A DNA stretch of 62,036 nt, filler included, from Candidatus Hydrogenedentota bacterium (GTDB taxonomy: Bacteria > JBFMHD01), in the NCBI GenBank assembly GCA_040752395.1. It is 8 parts of 8 records of this genome, joined end to end, with 100 filler letters (N's around TTAATTAATTAA, not from the genome) between each part and the next. Parts side by side here need not be neighbours in the genome. Positions count along the whole stretch, not along the records: positions 23,908 to 31,700 come from JBFMHD010000133.1; positions 31,801 to 39,333 come from JBFMHD010000135.1; 6 more parts are not named here. One strand, written 5' to 3'. Position 1 is the first letter of the stretch; every line of letters starts with the position of its first letter. This document shows positions 26,870 through 36,469 of this stretch, piece by piece. Under the pieces are notes generated by a model. The model was not told the origin of the DNA, did no database searches, and saw only the letters and a list, made by a program, of their open reading frames with translations. The position numbers and the translations under genes are program-made.

Positions 26870-27809
26870 AAGTCATTCTCTTTACAATCTTTATCTTACC
26901 TGATTTTGTTTTTAAATATACTCTGTTTTTTTTAATAACTCGACCTATCTCCTGGAGAACAACCCTGTATCTCTTAGCTATCCCGAATATCTTATCCCTA
27001 TTTTTTTCTTCGGCGGTAAATAAAAAAAGATAATCCTCACCACCATTTAGAAAGTATTTAATTCTGTTATTAAGATTTTTTAGTAAAGGATGATATAAAA
27101 ATTTATCTTCAAATATCATTACACCATACTTGCTCTGGTAAATAAAAGAATATAAGTCCTTGCTTAAGCCATCTGATACATCCATCATAGAAGTGATTAA
27201 TTTTTCTTTTACTAATCGAAGTATAAATCTATGGTCAAGTTGAGGTTTAAGGTGCTGTATTACCGCGGAATTTTTTCTGTCTATTGTTTTTGAGTTCTCT
27301 AATATCTCAAACCCAAGTTTTGAGAGACCCGGATGCCCTGTTATGTAAACAAGATCACCTTTTTTGATAGTGCTCCTTCTTATCACCGGCTCTTTACTCA
27401 CCCCAATCATTGTTATACTTATAACCCATTTATCACTTTTTACAGTATCTCCTCCTATTAACCCAATTTTAAATCTTTTAAGGTAGATTTTAAAACTCTT
27501 TATAAAATTATCTATTCTTTTTCTATTCTCTTGCTTCGGGATACCAAGCCCAAGTAAAATAAACCTGGGATAAACCCCCATACTAATACAATCACTCAAA
27601 TTAACAACAATAGATTTATATGCTAAATCATCTTCTCTGTGATACTTCCATAAAAAATGCGTTCCCTCTATCAATAAATCCTTTGTAATTATATAATAAT
27701 AATTCTTATCATTTCTTATAACAGAGGCATCATCCCCTATCCCTATAATCAGCTCTTTATTCTTAATCTTATTTTTAAGTTTTTCAATAATCAAATCTTC
27801 AAGAAACAT
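26856..27809 (-). CDS. thiL: Thiamine-phosphate kinase
   Basis: GIGDDA, D.L.EGTHF, NLSD..SMG, GGDT, MDVSDGL, GGEDY. Confidence 0.93.
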   Translation of the reverse strand: MFLEDLIIEKLKNKIKNKELIIGIGDDASVIRNDKNYYYIITKDLLIEGTHFLWKYHREDDLAYKSIVVNLSDCISMGVYPRFILLGLGIPKQENRKRIDNFIKSFKIYLKRFKIGLIGGDTVKSDKWVISITMIGVSKEPVIRRSTIKKGDLVYITGHPGLSKLGFEILENSKTIDRKNSAVIQHLKPQLDHRFILRLVKEKLITSMMDVSDGLSKDLYSFIYQSKYGVMIFEDKFLYHPLLKNLNNRIKYFLNGGEDYLFLFTAEEKNRDKIFGIAKRYRVVLQEIGRVIKKNRVYLKTKSGKIKIVKRMTYEHF

Positions 27810-27857
27810 AATACCTCTTTGATTATTATAACCATCAGATATATTTTATCAATACTA

Positions 27858-28030
27858 TTTTGCTCCTTGCATTTAACCCCTCATTTATAGGTGGTGAAGA
27901 AATAAGAAGTAAGAAGTATCATTACCTTAGCCTTTTATCTGATATACTTCAATTTTTTTTCATTTCTTACTTTTAACTTTTAACTTTTGGCTTTTTACTT
28001 TTAACTTTCTATGAGTGGGATAGTGGCATA
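27858..28030. repeat. Mosaic repeat: TTTGCTCCTTGCAT..TATAGGTG, (AGAAGTA)n, inverted (TACTTTT/AACTTTT)n, TAGTGGCAT
   Basis: First part is repeated at 33837-33887; heptamer arrays face each other. Confidence 0.72.
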
Positions 28031-28054
28031 GTTAGAGTTAAAACTCAGGAATAA

Positions 28055-28450
28055 TTATGTGTTCTCGCAAAATTCTACTAATACAGAATTAGCTGACTCT
28101 GGATGTATAAATGCTATCTTTTTCCCTGAAGCCCCTGTTTTTGGTTTCTCATCTATGAGTCTTATACCTTTTTCCTTCAGCTCATTAATCGCTTTCTCAA
28201 CATTTTTTAGAGAGAAAGCTATATGATGAAGTCCTTCACCTTTTTTATTTATGAATTTAGAAAGCGAGGAATCCTGATGTAATGGTTCTAAAAGTTCTAT
28301 TGTTATATTATCACATTCGAGTATCGCTACTTTAACACCCTGGTCTTTTACAATTTCTACATTTTTAAGACTTAATCCCAATATTTTTTTATAAAATTCT
28401 AATGCTTTATCTATATTTTTAACTGCGATGGCTATATGATTAACTAACAT
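28055..28450 (-). CDS. mce: Methylmalonyl-CoA epimerase (VOC family)
   Basis: HIAIAV, DQGVKVA, IELLEP, GEGLHHIAF, GASGKKIAFIHP...VLVE. Confidence 0.88.
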   Translation of the reverse strand: MLVNHIAIAVKNIDKALEFYKKILGLSLKNVEIVKDQGVKVAILECDNITIELLEPLHQDSSLSKFINKKGEGLHHIAFSLKNVEKAINELKEKGIRLIDEKPKTGASGKKIAFIHPESANSVLVEFCENT

Positions 28451-28620
28451 TACTCTACAACAATGGCATTAACAGGGCAGACAGCTGTGCAGGCATCACA
28501 ATCTATGCACAACTCCTTGTCTATGGTAAATTGTGTTTCATCCTGTGTTATAGCATCTACCGGACATTGTTCCACACAAGCGCCACAGGATATACATTCA
28601 GCAGTAATAGTATGTGGCAT
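28450..28620 (-). CDS. 2[4Fe-4S] ferredoxin, 56 aa (not in ORF track)
   Basis: MPHTITAECISCGACVEQCPVDAITQDETQFTIDKELCIDCDACTAVCPVNAIVVE*, with two CxxCxxCxxxCP motifs, GGAGGT SD and a TAATG overlap with mce. Confidence 0.95.
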   Translation of the reverse strand: MPHTITAECISCGACVEQCPVDAITQDETQFTIDKELCIDCDACTAVCPVNAIVVE

Positions 28621-28760
28621 TGTAACCTCCTCGATATTTTCACTTTTTTTACTTTTGGATAAAATATTGTCAAGTATTTTATTGACTTTTTATATATTTT
28701 ATTCTATACAATGGTATTAGCATATTTTCTGATACTTCTCACTTATTTATAGGAATTCTT

Positions 28761-30470
28761 ATGAGTATACCTAACACTGTTGTAAAAATTATTAATAAGT
28801 ACGGTGCTATTGTAGAATTTGATATAGATAAAATAATCAGGTCTATTGCTTCTGCTATTATCGATGTTGTACAGGGTGCTAAATGGAGTGCAGAGAAACG
28901 AGCTGAGATCTACGCTGAAAAGATAAGGCAACGGATATATCGCGAATTTTATGATATAAATTATCTTAAGACTGATTTTATCATTAAATTTATTAATTTT
29001 AATGCTGAAGAACGTGAGAGAAGGATGGATAACGCCTTTGTTACAAAACGTATTGTCTTTCTGTTTCTTCAGCGGTTCCAGGATATATTAAATGTTAAGA
29101 ATATAGCTAATTATGAAAAAGAATTAAAAGATTTTATTTCTAAAGAGATAAAATCAGCCAAAATTGACCCAAAATATACCGAGGGCCTCTTCCCAATGCT
29201 CGATAAAAATAATATCAAAAATATTACTGAGTTTTTATTAAAAAAAATTCTGATTCTTAATAAAGAACCTGTAACATCTGATTTGCTTTACCCTTCAAGA
29301 GAATATATCCAGGATACAATTGAAAAAGAATTAAAAGATATAGGTGAGGTAGAAGTCGGTGAAGGTTATATGATTTATAGAGAGGGCAGAAAAAAAATAC
29401 ATGAAAACGATATCTCTGACTCTCAGTTCACCAATAATGGTATTCATAAAGTGATAGTTCGAAAAACTTTATCATGGAACATTGAGCACGAATGTGATAC
29501 TATATTTTCACTCAATGAGTGGGTTTATGGCAGAAAAGGTAAGGATTTACGCGAATTAATTAAGCTCTCTGAGGAAAGATATCGAAAAGATGTGCTTTCT
29601 GCTATCAATAAAATAGTTGAGAGGAAATCTGAGATAAAAGTAGTCATAATAGCAGGTCCATCCTGCTCAAATAAAACTACAACTACTGTTATAACAGGGA
29701 TAGAACTGAAAAAAATAGGGTTAAAATTAAAACAACTTAATGTTGATGACTATTTTAAAGATTTAACAGATCAGCCTAAAGACGAATATGGTGACTATGA
29801 TTTTGAGATGCCTGAAGCTATTGATATGGAATTACTTAATAAACATCTTGAATTACTGCTTGCAGGTAAAGAGGTTAAGAAACCAAGATATAACTTTAAA
29901 GCTGGCAGCCGGGACAGGTTTGAGCCTTTTCATCTTGAAGAAGACGAGATCATCCTTATTGATTGTCTTCATGGTTTGTACCATAAACTCACAGAAGCAG
30001 TGCCATCATCAAAAAAGTTTAGAATTTACATCGAGTCTATGAATGTAATCCGTGATATTAATGGTGCCTTTACTCGCTGGGCTGATGTGCGAATGCTCAA
30101 ACGTATGATACGCGACGTCCAACACCGCGGTTACAGCACTGAAAGCACTCTCGCACACTGGCCATACGTCCGCAAAGGCGAACTTAAACATATAATCCCA
30201 TATATCCTCGCAACTGATGATGTGATAAATTCCGGGCTGCCATACGAACTCACTGCTCTCAAAAAATCTTTAGAAGGTAGATTCCCTTCAAAAGAATTTA
30301 TTGATGAATTAAGAATCGCGGGTCGGCTTGACCAGTATATCCGTGGCATAAGAACAGCAACTCTACTTGAAACAGTTGCCGAGATGCCAGCACTTGATAT
30401 AATACCACCTACATCACCTATCCGAGAATTCATTGGCGGTAGCGAATACATTATCCCACACAATGAATAA
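28761..30470 (+). CDS. ATP-cone domain plus uridine-kinase/PRK-like P-loop protein
   Basis: N-terminal 'V.FD.DKI..SI..A' and later 'E.IQD.IE..L......V...YM.YR' (ATP-cone halves); IAGPSCSNKTT, VDDYF, DFE.PEAID, RM.KRMIRD..HRG, E.KHI.PY. Confidence 0.8.
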   Translation: MSIPNTVVKIINKYGAIVEFDIDKIIRSIASAIIDVVQGAKWSAEKRAEIYAEKIRQRIYREFYDINYLKTDFIIKFINFNAEERERRMDNAFVTKRIVFLFLQRFQDILNVKNIANYEKELKDFISKEIKSAKIDPKYTEGLFPMLDKNNIKNITEFLLKKILILNKEPVTSDLLYPSREYIQDTIEKELKDIGEVEVGEGYMIYREGRKKIHENDISDSQFTNNGIHKVIVRKTLSWNIEHECDTIFSLNEWVYGRKGKDLRELIKLSEERYRKDVLSAINKIVERKSEIKVVIIAGPSCSNKTTTTVITGIELKKIGLKLKQLNVDDYFKDLTDQPKDEYGDYDFEMPEAIDMELLNKHLELLLAGKEVKKPRYNFKAGSRDRFEPFHLEEDEIILIDCLHGLYHKLTEAVPSSKKFRIYIESMNVIRDINGAFTRWADVRMLKRMIRDVQHRGYSTESTLAHWPYVRKGELKHIIPYILATDDVINSGLPYELTALKKSLEGRFPSKEFIDELRIAGRLDQYIRGIRTATLLETVAEMPALDIIPPTSPIREFIGGSEYIIPHNE

Positions 30471-30492
30471 TTGTAAACAATCGCTCTGATAT

Positions 30493-30549
30493 CTCCTCCT
30501 CTGAAAAACTTCGGAGTTCGGAGTTCGGAGCTCGAAGCTCGAAGCTCGG
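30493..30549 (-). repeat. Leader-module end (CTCCTCCTCTGAAAAAC) plus (TTCGGAG/CTCGAAG)n heptamers
   Basis: Same terminus as the other mosaics but with a different heptamer and no ATG downstream. Confidence 0.8.
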
Positions 30550-30550
30550 T

Positions 30551-30619
30551 TGTAGTGCTCCCGGTTTGTCGAGACATTTTTTAGTAAATTTTCGGCACAT
30601 TTTGACCTGAGCATTCTAA
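30551..30619. mobile_element. IS terminal sequence (TGT-start, IS481/IS3-like), copy 1
   Basis: 66/69 identical to 54789-54857; begins TGTAGTG, has internal GAGACATTTT/GGCACATTTT repeats and lies downstream of a transposase remnant. Confidence 0.7.
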
Positions 30620-30767
30620 AAACAATTCATCCTGACATTATTCCGGCTGACATCCTCGCAGCCGGGCAAAGAGAAAAACCATCAAGCCTCAAGGTTTCTC
30701 TCTTTGCAATCTCTCTTCCTTCTCCAACTTCCTACCAAAACACCATCTCCCACCCCCAAAAACAATT

Positions 30768-30980
30768 TTACGTTGCTAACTCTTCACACCTCTCATAAAT
30801 TAATTGCTCAAACTCAACTGGACTTAAATACCCTAATTATGAATGAAGATGATCCTCGTTATATAACTCTATCCCTTCTGAAATACCCAAAACCGCTTCC
30901 TCATATCTCTCCCAATCTGATATCCAGATAGTTTCTTCTTTAACTGTTCGTATTACTCGTTCTGTATCTGCAATTCCCGG
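30768..30980 (-). pseudogene. DDE transposase (rve/integrase-core, IS3/IS481-like) C-terminal remnant
   Basis: Manual translation PGIADTERVIRTVKEETIW...IELYNEDHLHS*LGYLSPVEFE...* shows the classic 'ER..RT.KEE...YN...H.SLGY.SP.EFE' pattern with one in-frame stop at 30837-30839. Confidence 0.82.
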
Positions 30981-31013
30981 AGCTGATAGGAGCTGATAGA
31001 AAAATTGTGTTTA

Positions 31014-31607
31014 TTATAAAAGGTGAAAAAGATAATTGCCCTCGACTAATGCCTTGAATAATCGTTTTACTGCACCTAATCGGTTTACTTGTGTGGCTGG
31101 CGCATACGGTTTGCCGTCCTTGTTTCTCTTGTAATACAGATATTTTTGATAATCACCGATCAAGGACTTACCCACATTGCGAAGGTCATCCACTTTTTCA
31201 CGTTCTAAATAGCGAAAAAATAGTTTGATGTTTTGAATATCGCCTTCCAAGGTGCGCCTGCTCAAATTATGTCGGTTATTATATCGTTCAAATTCCTTTA
31301 GTGCCTTGTCAAATCCTACTTTACCTTTAGCTTCGACTCTTTTTACGCCTTCACGATATGGGTTGTTTTTCAACACTCGGCGCGACAAAAGAAAGTATAC
31401 AAACTTTTTTATTGCGCCTGACTCAATGCCGGTTCGGTCCCGTAATAGCTCTATGGTTTGCTGGGTTATTTCTGATAACCTGATTCGTTCTCGTTTCAGC
31501 GTTCCTATGATATGCCTTGCATATCTCGTGTAATTTAATACTGCAGACTTGCTCATATCATGTTCACGCATAAAATTCTGGTAATCGTTTAATAATCCTT
31601 CACTCAT
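31014..31607 (-). pseudogene. Tyrosine recombinase N-terminal (tandem SAM-like/core-binding) domains, catalytic domain missing
   Basis: 'LS..TL......K.FF.YL......L..V....I.DYQ.YL......G.PY...TQ..RL..VK.LFK.L....Y' pattern; ends before any RHR/Y catalytic motifs. Confidence 0.7.
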
Positions 31608-31614
31608 ATTTTCG

Positions 31615-31700
31615 CCTCCTTTGAGAAACTTAGAAGTAAGAAGTAAGAGGTGAGAAGTATCATCTTAAAATTTTTAATTTTGAGTTTTGAGTTTTCAATT
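31615..31700 (-). repeat. Variant leader end (GTTTCTCAAAGGAGG) plus AGAAGTA and TTTTGAG heptamer arrays
   Basis: Forms the SD of the recombinase fragment; the contig ends inside the array. Confidence 0.7.
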
Positions 31701-31800
31701 NNNNNNNNNNNNNNNNNNNNNNNNNNNNNNNNNNNNNNNNNNNNTTAATTAATTAANNNNNNNNNNNNNNNNNNNNNNNNNNNNNNNNNNNNNNNNNNNN
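31701..31800. other. Artificial contig linker
   Basis: N-TTAATTAATTAA-N. Confidence 0.99.
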
Positions 31801-31960
31801 TTGTAACTATAATAATATCAAGTAGAAGCAAGAGGCAAGAAGCAAGAAGCAAGATAACGGAAGAAGTGAGAGGTGTCAGGACGGGCTACAGGCTACAGGC
31901 TACGGGCTACAGCCGGCTGGAACCCGAGGCCCGGGGCCTGTAGCCAACATATCATCTGAA
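31801..31960 (-). repeat. Mosaic repeat: leader module (cut by contig end), AGAAGCA array, CAGCCGGCTG hairpin
   Basis: Near-identical modules to 23393-23680 and 47040-47208. Confidence 0.9.
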
Positions 31961-31965
31961 AAATT

Positions 31966-33738
31966 TTAAGACTTGAGTTTATTAATCAAAATAATAATAT
32001 CTGCTGGATTTACTCCTTCTACATATCTTGCTTTTTCTATGGTTTCTGGCCTATATTTGTTTAATTTCACTGCTGATTCCTTTCTTAACCCTTTTATTAA
32101 CATATAATCACTAATCTTATCAAGCTTTAATTTTGAATAATCTGATAATTTCATTATATCTGACTCCTGTTTCTTTATATATCCTTCATAATAAATATAT
32201 ACCCAAGCTTTTTCATACATCTTTTTTATTCTTAACCGATCTGGTAAACAATCTCTAATATTATCCATTGTTATTTTATTCTGTTTAATCAAAAGACCAA
32301 AACCCTTTTTTTTTAAATAATCAATTATATTGTCAAATAATTTCTTTTCCTCGCGATATCGATCAAACTCTGTTTTATTAATTAATTTTAATTTATATCC
32401 CTTTTCAAGGAGTCTATCATCTGTATTGTCTATTCTTAAATATATTCTATTTTCAGCCCTTGAAGTAAACATTCTATAAGGTTCTGATATACCCTTTGTA
32501 ATTAAATCATCTATCATAACTCCAATATATGATTCCATTCTACTTAATATAAAACTATCATTTGATATTTTAAGTACAGCATTAATACCAGCAATAATGC
32601 CCATACCAGCGGCTTCTTCATAACCGCTGGTCCCATTAATCTGTCCTGCTAAAAATAGATTATTTATTATCTTACTTTCCAATGTAGGGTAAAGGAGTTT
32701 AGGGTCAAATGCATCGTACTCAATTGCATAAGCAAATCTTGTTATATCTACATTCTCCATACCTTTTATTGTTCTTAAATACATAAGCTGTACAGAGCAA
32801 GGTAAAGAAGTTGATAAACCATTTACATAATATTCATTATTATCTAAACCCTCAGGTTCTAAAAAAACATGATGCGAATTTCTATCAGGAAATTTAACAA
32901 CTTTATCTTCAATAGAGGGGCAATATCGAGGTCCTATAGATTTTATCCTTCCTGAATACAAGGCAGACTTATTAATATTTTTTCTAATAATATTATGAGT
33001 ATTTTCATTAGTATGTGTTATATAACAGCATATTTGAGGGTTAGTAATTTTTTCGGTTCTCCTTGAGAATGGTATAGGGTTTTCATCTCCGTATTGAGGT
33101 ATCATTTGTGAAAAATCGATACTTTTACCTGAGACTCGAGGTGGTGTTCCTGTTTTAAGTCGTATAATATTTATACTGTTTTCTTTTAAAAAATCTGATA
33201 ATCCCTGCACAGCTTTTTCAGCAGCTCTACCGCCGCTAAGAGTCTTCTCACCAATATGAATAACACCATTAAGAAAAGTTCCACAAGTAAGCACAACTGT
33301 TTTACTTTTTATCTCTCCACTTATTTCACATTCCACTCCTAAAACTATATTATTTTGAAGTATAAGCCTCAAAACAGTATCCTGTAACAAACTTAAATTT
33401 TCAGTATTCTGTAGTTTTACAAGCATCTCTTTATGATACATTATTCTATCACATTGTGCACGCAATGTTCTCATTGCAGGTCCTTTACGGGTATTAATAA
33501 TCCTGAACTGTATCCCTGATTTATCAGTTATTTCACCTATAACGCCACCCAGTGCATCGACCTCACAGATAATTTGTGCTTTTGCCTGGCCGCCCATCGC
33601 AGGATTACAGGACATCCACGCTATGGTTTCGATATTATTTGTTATTAACAAAGTTTTAGCTCCCATCTTACTTGAAGCATGGGCTGCTTCGCACCCTGCA
33701 TGACCTGCACCAACAACTATTACATCATAATTATACAT
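31966..33738 (-). CDS. mnmG: tRNA uridine-5-carboxymethylaminomethyl synthesis enzyme MnmG (GidA)
   Basis: YDVIVVGAGHAGCEAA, MSCNPA, KTGTPPR, GPRYCPSIEDK, AGQINGTSGYEEAA, EPYRMFTSRAE. Confidence 0.97.
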   Translation of the reverse strand: MYNYDVIVVGAGHAGCEAAHASSKMGAKTLLITNNIETIAWMSCNPAMGGQAKAQIICEVDALGGVIGEITDKSGIQFRIINTRKGPAMRTLRAQCDRIMYHKEMLVKLQNTENLSLLQDTVLRLILQNNIVLGVECEISGEIKSKTVVLTCGTFLNGVIHIGEKTLSGGRAAEKAVQGLSDFLKENSINIIRLKTGTPPRVSGKSIDFSQMIPQYGDENPIPFSRRTEKITNPQICCYITHTNENTHNIIRKNINKSALYSGRIKSIGPRYCPSIEDKVVKFPDRNSHHVFLEPEGLDNNEYYVNGLSTSLPCSVQLMYLRTIKGMENVDITRFAYAIEYDAFDPKLLYPTLESKIINNLFLAGQINGTSGYEEAAGMGIIAGINAVLKISNDSFILSRMESYIGVMIDDLITKGISEPYRMFTSRAENRIYLRIDNTDDRLLEKGYKLKLINKTEFDRYREEKKLFDNIIDYLKKKGFGLLIKQNKITMDNIRDCLPDRLRIKKMYEKAWVYIYYEGYIKKQESDIMKLSDYSKLKLDKISDYMLIKGLRKESAVKLNKYRPETIEKARYVEGVNPADIIILINKLKS

Positions 33739-33836
33739 ACTTATCACCATGTAAAGGAGAAGCAAGAGCAATGAATAAAAAACATTGCATATCTATTGGT
33801 TTTTAATTACCATTTTTATAGAACAATGTCAATGAC

Positions 33837-33887
33837 TTTGCTCCTTGCATCACATCAATTATAGGTGTGTAAGAAGTAAAAAAGTAA
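33837..33887. repeat. Copy of the TTTGCTCCTTGCAT..TATAGGTG-(AGAAGTA) module
   Basis: Similar to 27858-27920; ends at the SD (AGGAG) of the amylase gene. Confidence 0.6.
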
Positions 33888-33897
33888 TAGGAGCACT

Positions 33898-35628
33898 ATG
33901 AAAAAAATTTTATTACTATTCTTATTTTTACTCCCTAAATCCATCTTTAGCATTGAGCCACCCATATATTTTATAATGATAGATAGATTCTGTAATGCTG
34001 ATAAGTCCAATGATTATAATAATGATATCACCAATCCCAATGCTTATCAGGGTGGAGATTTAAAGGGTGTTATCTCAAAATTAAAGTATCTCAAATCACT
34101 TGGAGTTAAAACTATATGGTTATCACCTGTTATGGATAACCGTGATAATGATTTTTTTGGCAGTTATGGTTATCACGGATACTGGATTAAAGATTTTAAA
34201 AAGGTTGATGAGCATTTCGGAACAATGGAAGATTTGAAAGAGCTGGTTAACGAGGCACACATTATGGGGATCAGTATTATACTTGATATTGTTTTAAATC
34301 ATACTGATTGGGATTGCGAGTTAAAAGCAAAGCATCCTCATTGGTTTCATAACAGGGGTGATATAAAAAACTGGAATAACAGAGAAGAAGTAGAAGAAGG
34401 TAATCTTACAGGTTTACCTGATTTTAATCAAGATATTATAGAAGTCTATGATTTCTGCCTTGATATTGCATCATTCTGGTATAAAGAGACTGGGTGTGAC
34501 GGGTTCAGGTTTGATGCTGTTAAACATATACCTCATCGATTCTGGAAAAATTTTTTAATAGATTTGAGAAAATTAGTTAGTAATGATTTTTATTTTTTAG
34601 CTGAGGTGATAAGTGGTGATCCATCTTGTGTTTCAGAGTATCTCGAGGATGGTTTTGATGGTATTTTTGATTTCCCTTTATATTACAGACTTCTTGAAAC
34701 ATTTAAAAACAATGAATCAGCAAAAAAAGTTACAACTATATTAAAAGGAGACTCCATTTATAAGAATAAAAATAGTCTGAATCCATTCCTTGGAAACCAC
34801 GATACAGAACGATTTTATAATAACAATATTACATTACAAAAATATAAAAATGCATTAAGTCTCATATTTGTTCTACGTGGAATACCTGTAATCTATTATG
34901 GTGAAGAAGTACCATTATCCCAGGATACGAAATTTGGCAGTAGAAATATTATGGAATTCAGGGAAAACCCTCAAATATTTTATCACCTACAGCGGTTATC
35001 TCATATAAAAAACAATTCTCTGGCTTTAAAATATGGGGAACAGGAGATAATTTTACAAGAAGATAATGTAATCGGGATTCTAAGATATCTGGATAATGAA
35101 GAAGTCTTTGCTTTTACAAACACCGCTGATAACATTGGTACATATACTTTTTCTTTACCGCTGAATAGTTTTATCATACCGCAAAACAAATTTAAAGTGC
35201 TTTATGGTATGGGAGATATAAGTATTGAAGAGGCCAATAAGGTAAGAGTAGGTATATATCCTAACGTAACTTTTATTGTGCAAACATTTGTTAATAAAAA
35301 GCGCAAAAAGAAAATATTAAGTGAGCTAATTGAGGTAGAAATAGTTATAGAGGAGTGTATAACAAATTGGGGTGAGAATGTCTTTTTAATTGGTAATACG
35401 GATATCCTTGGGAATTTTGATATAAACAAGGCATATGGTCCTTTAACCTGTCCGAATTATCCATCCTGGAGATGCAAAATAAAGTTATGTTTAAACGAGG
35501 AAATAAAGATACAGCCTGTGGTTTTGGATTCTACTGGCAAATTATTAAAGCAGGGAAAAGTAAGCAGTTTTGTTTTAACAGATAAAAATCAAATTATAAA
35601 AATTAAATTTTCCGGTCAAAGATACTAA
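33898..35628 (+). CDS. Secreted GH13 alpha-amylase with C-terminal CBM20
   Basis: Signal peptide; IYFIMIDRF, GGDLKG, YHGYW, DIVLNH, GFRFDAVKH, AEV, NHD catalytic regions; 'T.WGENVFLIGN...LG.F.......L....YP.W' CBM20. Confidence 0.9.
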   Translation: MKKILLLFLFLLPKSIFSIEPPIYFIMIDRFCNADKSNDYNNDITNPNAYQGGDLKGVISKLKYLKSLGVKTIWLSPVMDNRDNDFFGSYGYHGYWIKDFKKVDEHFGTMEDLKELVNEAHIMGISIILDIVLNHTDWDCELKAKHPHWFHNRGDIKNWNNREEVEEGNLTGLPDFNQDIIEVYDFCLDIASFWYKETGCDGFRFDAVKHIPHRFWKNFLIDLRKLVSNDFYFLAEVISGDPSCVSEYLEDGFDGIFDFPLYYRLLETFKNNESAKKVTTILKGDSIYKNKNSLNPFLGNHDTERFYNNNITLQKYKNALSLIFVLRGIPVIYYGEEVPLSQDTKFGSRNIMEFRENPQIFYHLQRLSHIKNNSLALKYGEQEIILQEDNVIGILRYLDNEEVFAFTNTADNIGTYTFSLPLNSFIIPQNKFKVLYGMGDISIEEANKVRVGIYPNVTFIVQTFVNKKRKKKILSELIEVEIVIEECITNWGENVFLIGNTDILGNFDINKAYGPLTCPNYPSWRCKIKLCLNEEIKIQPVVLDSTGKLLKQGKVSSFVLTDKNQIIKIKFSGQRY

Positions 35629-36469
35629 TTTTCTTTATATGCGAGGGGGTTACAAATAGTTTTTGCGCCGGATCTTTTTTGTATATTTTTTTTAGTTTGC
35701 GTGTAAGTTTCAAGAAATCGAGGCCTGTTGGATCATAGCTAATCAGCTGACTTTTATCTCTATTTTTTAAAATATCGATACTACAAAAGAGTGAATATTC
35801 TATATATTTTTTAATTTCATCAATCCCTGGTCTTTTTTTTAGTTTCAAAAACTGATTTTTTATAAAATTTTTATATTTTGAAAAATAATATGCGGACATA
35901 GTTTCTAAAAACATTTTTTTTCGTAAGTTAAAAAAGATTTTTCTTTTTTTCGCATGTCGAAGTAAAAAAGCATCATTCAAAGAGCAATAGTCTTTTATAA
36001 CTATTTTCATATCATTTAAAACTAATTTCTCTACAAAATGGTCTGCGGTTATCTCGCAATTAAGATGACCAAGTCTATTTGTGGTCTTTTCTCTTATGAT
36101 AAAAGATGGTATAAAAAAATTATGTGCTATGACATCATTAGCAAGATGGGATAAAAAGCCGTAGGAAAAAGCGGTTTGTTGCTTTGATGACGAATCAAAA
36201 AGCATCGAAAAACCTATATCCCATCTCTCAGCCGATAACCTTTTTAGCATCCCTTTACCAATAAAAAAGTCACAGATAATGCAACCATATAAAAAATCAA
36301 TCCAGTACTGGTTCAAAAGTTGACATAATTGACTACTTATTAACGATGGAGAATTTAAAATAGTTCTACCAATAAAAAGGTGAACACCGGGTCCCCAAGC
36401 AAATACAGGAGTAGAAAAAAATAGAAAATAAAAAGTAAAAAGTAAAAAACAAAAAGTAAAAAGTATCAT
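35603..36469 (-). CDS. Zinc-dependent phospholipase C family protein
   Basis: AWGPGVH, YGFLSHLANDVIAHN, GH...E...D motifs. Confidence 0.8.
   Translation of the reverse strand: MILFTFCFLLFTFYFLFFSTPVFAWGPGVHLFIGRTILNSPSLISSQLCQLLNQYWIDFLYGCIICDFFIGKGMLKRLSAERWDIGFSMLFDSSSKQQTAFSYGFLSHLANDVIAHNFFIPSFIIREKTTNRLGHLNCEITADHFVEKLVLNDMKIVIKDYCSLNDAFLLRHAKKRKIFFNLRKKMFLETMSAYYFSKYKNFIKNQFLKLKKRPGIDEIKKYIEYSLFCSIDILKNRDKSQLISYDPTGLDFLKLTRKLKKIYKKDPAQKLFVTPSHIKKISIFDRKI

Noticed and set aside
28463-28720. 85-aa plus-strand ORF
   Set aside because: Antisense shadow of the ferredoxin gene at 28450-28620.
30704-30931. 75-aa plus-strand ORF
   Set aside because: Antisense to the transposase remnant; no motif.
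31014-31607. Integron integrase with the hairpins as attC sites
   Set aside because: There is no catalytic domain or IntI patch, the hairpins lack RYYYAAC/GTTRRRY ends, and the genes next to them are housekeeping rather than cassette-like.
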